DNA of 19,807 nucleotides from Trueperaceae bacterium (GTDB taxonomy: Bacteria; Deinococcota; Deinococci; Deinococcales; Trueperaceae): contig JBBDRK010000016.1 in assembly GCA_040905465.1 (NCBI GenBank), positions 2,934 to 22,740 on the forward strand. Reading direction: 5' to 3'. The position numbers and the translations under genes are program-made. This document shows positions 15,506-19,807 of the stretch, in pieces. Each line of letters opens with the position of its first letter. The stretch's first letter is position 1. The notes beneath the pieces were generated by a model. The model made no database searches. It worked only from the letters and a program-made list of their open reading frames with translations, and was not told the origin of the DNA.

Positions 15506-17596
15506 TCAGAAGTCCTCCAGCGCCAGGTCGAGCTGTTCCTGGAGCTCGAGCCGCGACCCGCGCAACTCTGCTATCTCCGTTTCCACCGCGTCGAGGGTGT
15601 CTTCCTGCGTCTCGAGGTCCGCAAGATAGCGCCGGTAGAGCGAAGAGTTCCTGTCTAGCGCCGCCATATTCTGGCGGACGCGGTTCTGATCACGGTGTAT
15701 CGCGTCGAGGCTCGACTGCTTCTCGGAGATCGACCGTTCCAGGTCTGTCAGTCGACGCTTAAGCTCGAGGACTCGCGCCAGCCTCTCGCGGTCCTCTTGG
15801 GAGAGCTCGACGTTCTCCAGATAGAAGGCGATCTGTTCGCCGGTGACGTTGGTTGCCGCGATTCTGCGGCTGTCGACGCGCTCCATCACCACTTCGAGGG
15901 TGCACGGCGCGCCCGCCTGGCACGACCGGTGGACGGGCACCACCGGGTCGCTGGTTTCGTCGCTCTCCTGTCGACCGGTCGGCGCCGCTTCCGTACCGGC
16001 GTTCCCGCCTGCCAGCAACATCCCGAAACGGTACGATCCGGCCGTCTCGGCCGGCGCGAGATCTGGTGAGACGACCTCGAAACCGCTTCTCTTCGGGTGC
16101 TCGATGATGACCAGCCTGCCCTGCTCTCCGCGCGCGGTAGCACGGTACTCGCGGGTAACGCGCTGCCGCACGCTCGTCTCGAACACGCCGTTGCGGATCG
16201 AAACTGCGGTTACCCGTTCCGGTTCGCTCGAGCTGGTCGTCTCGAACTCGACGCCCAGGTCGACGGCGTAGGTCAGTATTCGGGAGTCGCCCGGTACGAT
16301 GTCCGCGATCCGCGAGTTACCGGCGAAGCCCCCGGCGTCGAAGACAGTCACCGGTCCGGCGGCCAGGTGCAGGCCGGTGTCGTTGACGAGCCGCACTCCG
16401 TGCAGAGGATTGGCGGCGAGGATCGAGGAGTCGTAGATCGATAGGCGCTGAGCCTCCACGCGCTGCTGGATTATCGGAATCATCGCAGACTCGTAGCGGG
16501 CCACCGTGACCGGCTCCAGGACCCGGTACTCGAAGCTTGCGCCGGTCTGGCCGCCTTCGGCCATGGCTGCCACTCCGGCGTCGGCGAACTGCAGGGCCTC
16601 GCGCATCGCCTGGCCCTGCTCCTGCGCACGCTCCCTCGCGGCCATACGAGCGGGCTCCGGGGGCGCCGCGTCGGCGGCGTAGGCCGGCGGGACGATTCCC
16701 GGGGTCGTGCTGGCCTCCACCCGCGGCCGCTCGACGTACACCGGTGCGTAGAGGCTGCTGATGAACGAAATCGGTTGCCCGGCCACGAACGAAACCGTTA
16801 TATCGCTGAGGTCGAGGCTGGTCGGATTGTCGAAGATGGCCCAGCCCTGTAGGTCCGCCTCTCCCTCGTCCCCGACCAGCAGCCGGTAACTCGTCTTCCA
16901 CACCGGCACCTCCCGGATGTAGCCGACACTCACCCGCCTGCTGCCACTTCCCGAGAAGCGCAGCCGCACGTTTCCCTCGTCCTCTCCGCGGTAGCGGGCG
17001 AGCGCGGCCAGGGCCGATTCCAGCTCCTGTTGTAGCTCCGGCCGGGCGAAGCGCACTCGCCGCACCTCGGCCAGTGACACCCGCTGCAGGCCCGTGGCCA
17101 TGGCGAGGGTTAGATAGGTCTTGGGCTCCTCCTCGGGTACCTGGACCCGCTCGAGGTTGACTATAGTCCCCTCCAGCGGCTCCGTGGCCGTTACCAGCAC
17201 GGCTTCGCCCCTCGCCTGGCTCAGCAGTTCCGCCAGCGTCGGGTCGTTGGTGAGGTCCAGGGAATAGCTGGCCAGTACCCGGCCCAGCGGATCGCGCGCC
17301 GGGTAACGAACCGGTTCAATGGTGCCTCCACCGAAGTCCTGGAGGACCAGGCTGGCCAGCAGGTCGTCCATCTGTTCGCCCGCAACGGGCAACTCCAGTT
17401 CGGCCGTGCCGTCGACCGTCCCGGCGTGCTCGAAGTAGCCGATGCCGCTCGTGAAGAGAACGACGCGGGTCACGGGCAGGCTCGCCGAATCAACCGTGCT
17501 GCCGGCGCCCGGCTCGTCCTGGGCAAAGACGGAGGCGCTGAGGCAGGCAAGCAGCAGGGCAGATACGGGGGTGGCGATCATCTTGGCTGTTTTCAT
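15506..17596 (-). CDS. Secreted DUF4139/DUF4140-like protein with C-terminal coiled coil
   Basis: Signal peptide MKTAKMIATPVSALLLACLSASVFA-Q. Motifs LPVTRVVLFTSGIGYFEH, MDDLLASL, PVWKTSYRL, LQGWAIFDN, SAMIPI and LAAGPVTVF. C-terminal heptads with DQNRVRQNM. Start placed at ATG 17596. Confidence 0.78.
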   Translation of the reverse strand: MKTAKMIATPVSALLLACLSASVFAQDEPGAGSTVDSASLPVTRVVLFTSGIGYFEHAGTVDGTAELELPVAGEQMDDLLASLVLQDFGGGTIEPVRYPARDPLGRVLASYSLDLTNDPTLAELLSQARGEAVLVTATEPLEGTIVNLERVQVPEEEPKTYLTLAMATGLQRVSLAEVRRVRFARPELQQELESALAALARYRGEDEGNVRLRFSGSGSRRVSVGYIREVPVWKTSYRLLVGDEGEADLQGWAIFDNPTSLDLSDITVSFVAGQPISFISSLYAPVYVERPRVEASTTPGIVPPAYAADAAPPEPARMAARERAQEQGQAMREALQFADAGVAAMAEGGQTGASFEYRVLEPVTVARYESAMIPIIQQRVEAQRLSIYDSSILAANPLHGVRLVNDTGLHLAAGPVTVFDAGGFAGNSRIADIVPGDSRILTYAVDLGVEFETTSSSEPERVTAVSIRNGVFETSVRQRVTREYRATARGEQGRLVIIEHPKRSGFEVVSPDLAPAETAGSYRFGMLLAGGNAGTEAAPTGRQESDETSDPVVPVHRSCQAGAPCTLEVVMERVDSRRIAATNVTGEQIAFYLENVELSQEDRERLARVLELKRRLTDLERSISEKQSSLDAIHRDQNRVRQNMAALDRNSSLYRRYLADLETQEDTLDAVETEIAELRGSRLELQEQLDLALEDF

Positions 17597-17603
17597 TGAG
17601 CAG

Positions 17604-17609
17604 ACTTTA
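17604..17609 (-). promoter_or_regulatory. Putative -10 box (TAAAGT) for a leaderless DUF4139 transcript
   Basis: TANNNT lies 7 nt upstream of ATG 17596, and there is no SD sequence. Confidence 0.5.
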
Positions 17610-17666
17610 CCGCAACCGCTCGAACGGGTCACAGCGCTGCCGTGAGCGGCCCGGCGAAAGTGCGCA

Positions 17667-17672
17667 TAGACT
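17667..17672 (+). promoter_or_regulatory. Putative -10 box (TAGACT) for a leaderless membrane-protein transcript
   Basis: TANNNT lies 5 nt upstream of ATG 17678, and there is no SD sequence. Confidence 0.5.
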
Positions 17673-17677
17673 ACGTA

Positions 17678-19105
17678 ATGCCGAACTCGCGTCGAAGACC
17701 TGTGGATCTTCCTGCCATCCTCGCCGGCCTCTATGGCCTGCTGGTGGTGGGATCGCTGGTGCGCTGGGCGGGTCTCCCCAGCCAGCGTCTGCCGTTGTTC
17801 CTGGTAGGAGTCGCGAGCATATTCGCGATGCTGGCGGCCCTGGGATTTCTCGCCTGGTACCTGCTGTTACGACGCCGCAGCACACCCGAAGCCGCAGCTC
17901 ATCCGCTGCTCGGCGTCGCCCAACGGCAGGGGCTCGCGGCCGTGCTGACCATAAGCGGCATCATGATCGTGATCGGCGCGTTCTGGGACGAGGTATGGCA
18001 CCGTAGTTACGGCGTCCCGTTCGGGGAAGACCTGCTCTGGCGCCCTCACCTGCTCCTCTACATCGGCATGCTGCTGGTGAGCCTGGCGGCAGCTTACGGC
18101 CTGGTGGTCTTGTGGCGCGGCGGTCGGGGCAACCTGCGCCAGCGCTTCCGCGCCGATCCCCATCTCGGCTGGTTGGTTCTTCTCGGAGCCTTCTTCGTCT
18201 ACGCGATTCCGGCCGACCCGGCCTGGCACCAGCTGTATGGAGCGGACATCACCGCCTGGAGCGTGCCCCACCTGATCCTGATGTCGGCTTTCGCGGCGAT
18301 CATGGTGCTGGCGGTTGCGCTCCAGTACTCCCTGGAAGTTGAGCGGCCGTGGCGAGGCGTTCACCGAATCGGTCCGCTCGACTTACTGGTGGGAGTAGCG
18401 ACGGCGTTCGCTCTGAAACTCGGTCTGCAACTGCTGACCACCGAGTGGGACGGCATCACCGCCATAGTCCAGGAAAGCGCGAATCCGTTCTGGCAGCGAC
18501 CCGAGTGGCTGCTGCCGGTGCTGATCGTCGGACTGGCGGGCTTCTTCGGTACCCTCGCCGTTCACGCGTCACGCCTGATCGGGATGGCCACGCTGATTGG
18601 ACTGGCGGCCCTGACTGTGCGCTGGCTACTGGTTGGCTTCTTCGGTCGACCGGGGATAACGGCTGACGCCTGGCTGTTGGCCCTGCCGCCGCTGATCGCG
18701 CTCGACCTGTGGTTCGCAGCCAAGTCGTTCACCGCTGGGCGGCTTGCGGCTCGGCGGCGATCGTTGGGCACTCAGCCCGTGGTTTTCGGCTCGGCGGTAG
18801 CGGCCACACTCGGCATGGCGCTGGGCTCGCTGCCGCTGCTGGACATGCTCTACCTATATCCGCGGGTCACGGTGGCCACCATGCTGCCGATGCTGGCGTT
18901 CGGCTTTCTCACCGCACTATGGTCGTGCTGGCTCGGTACACGGGTGGGCGCGGCGCTGGGTCCCGGCGCTGCCGTCGCGCCTTTACGGCAGGCAGCGGCG
19001 CAGCGCCAGGAGGCCGTCCGGGTGGCGTCGGGGGCCGGCATCGCCGTGCTGGTGACGGCCGGCTTTATCGGCTGGTTCATAGCTTCCGCCAGCCCGCCGG
19101 TCTGA
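17678..19105 (+). CDS. Uncharacterised multi-pass membrane protein with two DxxWH-x13/15-H motifs (putative metal-binding)
   Basis: Many hydrophobic segments. Motifs WDEVWHRSYGVPFGEDLLWRPH and ADPAWHQLYGADITAWSVPH. ATG 17678 preferred over GTG 17642. Confidence 0.8.
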   Translation: MPNSRRRPVDLPAILAGLYGLLVVGSLVRWAGLPSQRLPLFLVGVASIFAMLAALGFLAWYLLLRRRSTPEAAAHPLLGVAQRQGLAAVLTISGIMIVIGAFWDEVWHRSYGVPFGEDLLWRPHLLLYIGMLLVSLAAAYGLVVLWRGGRGNLRQRFRADPHLGWLVLLGAFFVYAIPADPAWHQLYGADITAWSVPHLILMSAFAAIMVLAVALQYSLEVERPWRGVHRIGPLDLLVGVATAFALKLGLQLLTTEWDGITAIVQESANPFWQRPEWLLPVLIVGLAGFFGTLAVHASRLIGMATLIGLAALTVRWLLVGFFGRPGITADAWLLALPPLIALDLWFAAKSFTAGRLAARRRSLGTQPVVFGSAVAATLGMALGSLPLLDMLYLYPRVTVATMLPMLAFGFLTALWSCWLGTRVGAALGPGAAVAPLRQAAAQRQEAVRVASGAGIAVLVTAGFIGWFIASASPPV

Positions 19106-19277
19106 GCCGGCGTCTCGTCGGCAGATTGCATCCAGCCAGAGGTTTCTCGCATAGCTTCGGTTGAGGGGGGAGTAGGCCGAGCCGACCGTCGATAACCATC
19201 GAAACAACTCGAGTGTAGCCGGGACGTGTGCCGCGGAACGAGGCGGAAGCTCGTCCTGCTCGTCGGAGGGAGAAGGA

Positions 19278-19757
19278 ATGAAACTCAAGCCGTTATTCGG
19301 AGCGTTATTGCTTGCGGGACTACTCCTGGGGCTGGCCCAGGCGCAGGGGGACAGTGCCGTTACCGTCATGGCCATGGAGAATGAGCAGTTCGGCTCGTAC
19401 CTGACCGATGGCGAGGGTCGCACCCTCTACCTGTTCGTGAACGAAGAGATGGAAGCCGGCGAGGAGCGAATGACCGAGGGAGTACGCGGAAATGCGGCCC
19501 CGTGCGCCGGCGGCTGCCTCGAAAACTGGCCACCCGTTACGGGTGAGGTCACGGCCGGGGAGGGCGTCGACGCCGAGCTTCTCTACACGGCCGATGTCGA
19601 CGGCACGATGCAGGCGGTGTACAACGGCTGGCCGCTCTACTACTTCGCCAGGGACGCCGAGCCCGGCCAGGTAAACGGCCAGGGTCTCGGTCGCGCTCCT
19701 ACCATCTGGTACATCCTCAGCCCTGATGGCCAGGCAATAACCGGCGCTGGCGGCTAG
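19278..19757 (+). CDS. Secreted COG4315/Lipoprotein_15-type protein (Yx[FWY]xxD repeats)
   Basis: Signal peptide ending LAQA-Q. Motifs YLTDGEGRTLYLF, CAGGCLENWPP, QAVYNGWPLYYFARD, GQVNGQG and WY. Strong GGAGGGAG SD. Confidence 0.88.
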   Translation: MKLKPLFGALLLAGLLLGLAQAQGDSAVTVMAMENEQFGSYLTDGEGRTLYLFVNEEMEAGEERMTEGVRGNAAPCAGGCLENWPPVTGEVTAGEGVDAELLYTADVDGTMQAVYNGWPLYYFARDAEPGQVNGQGLGRAPTIWYILSPDGQAITGAGG

Positions 19758-19775
19758 CGGCCAGCGGATCGATCT

Positions 19776-19807
<32 letters not shown>

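Noticed and set aside
17678-19105. Calling this pmoC/amoC
   Set aside because: Only the metal-motif pattern resembles PmoC. Length and remaining sequence differ, and no pmoA/pmoB partners are present.

Overview
GC-rich bacterial DNA, possibly Deinococcota (inferred from two apparent leaderless starts with TANNNT boxes and from signal peptides ending in AQ). It is densely coding, with 17 protein genes and no recognisable rRNA, tRNA, CRISPR array or mobile element. The core is a carbohydrate-catabolism region. (i) A tightly coupled 7-gene operon (938-8432) encodes an unusual DeoR regulator that appears to carry a circularly permuted RbsB/LacI-type sugar-binding domain, a signal-peptide-less 'TWDHPRG' solute-binding-fold protein, an SMP-30 lactonase, a CaiB/BaiF CoA-transferase, an enoyl-CoA hydratase, an SDR dehydrogenase and a DUF4432-like mutarotase. 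Together these suggest an uncharacterised CoA-dependent oxidative route for a (deoxy)sugar acid. The upstream promoter overlaps four 10-bp-phased CGA repeats. (ii) A Gfo/Idh/MocA dehydrogenase lies divergent from a sugar ABC transporter (SBP plus 2 permeases, no ATPase). (iii) A minus-strand unit encodes a DUF4139 protein, a ROK kinase and a long class I PMI-like cupin. On the left flank is a coiled-coil lipoprotein missed by the ORF track. On the right flank are a membrane protein with two PmoC-like DxxWH...PH motifs and a COG4315-type secreted protein. The window ends in a poly-G run that is probably a sequencing artefact. All family calls come from motif recognition by eye; no searches were run.
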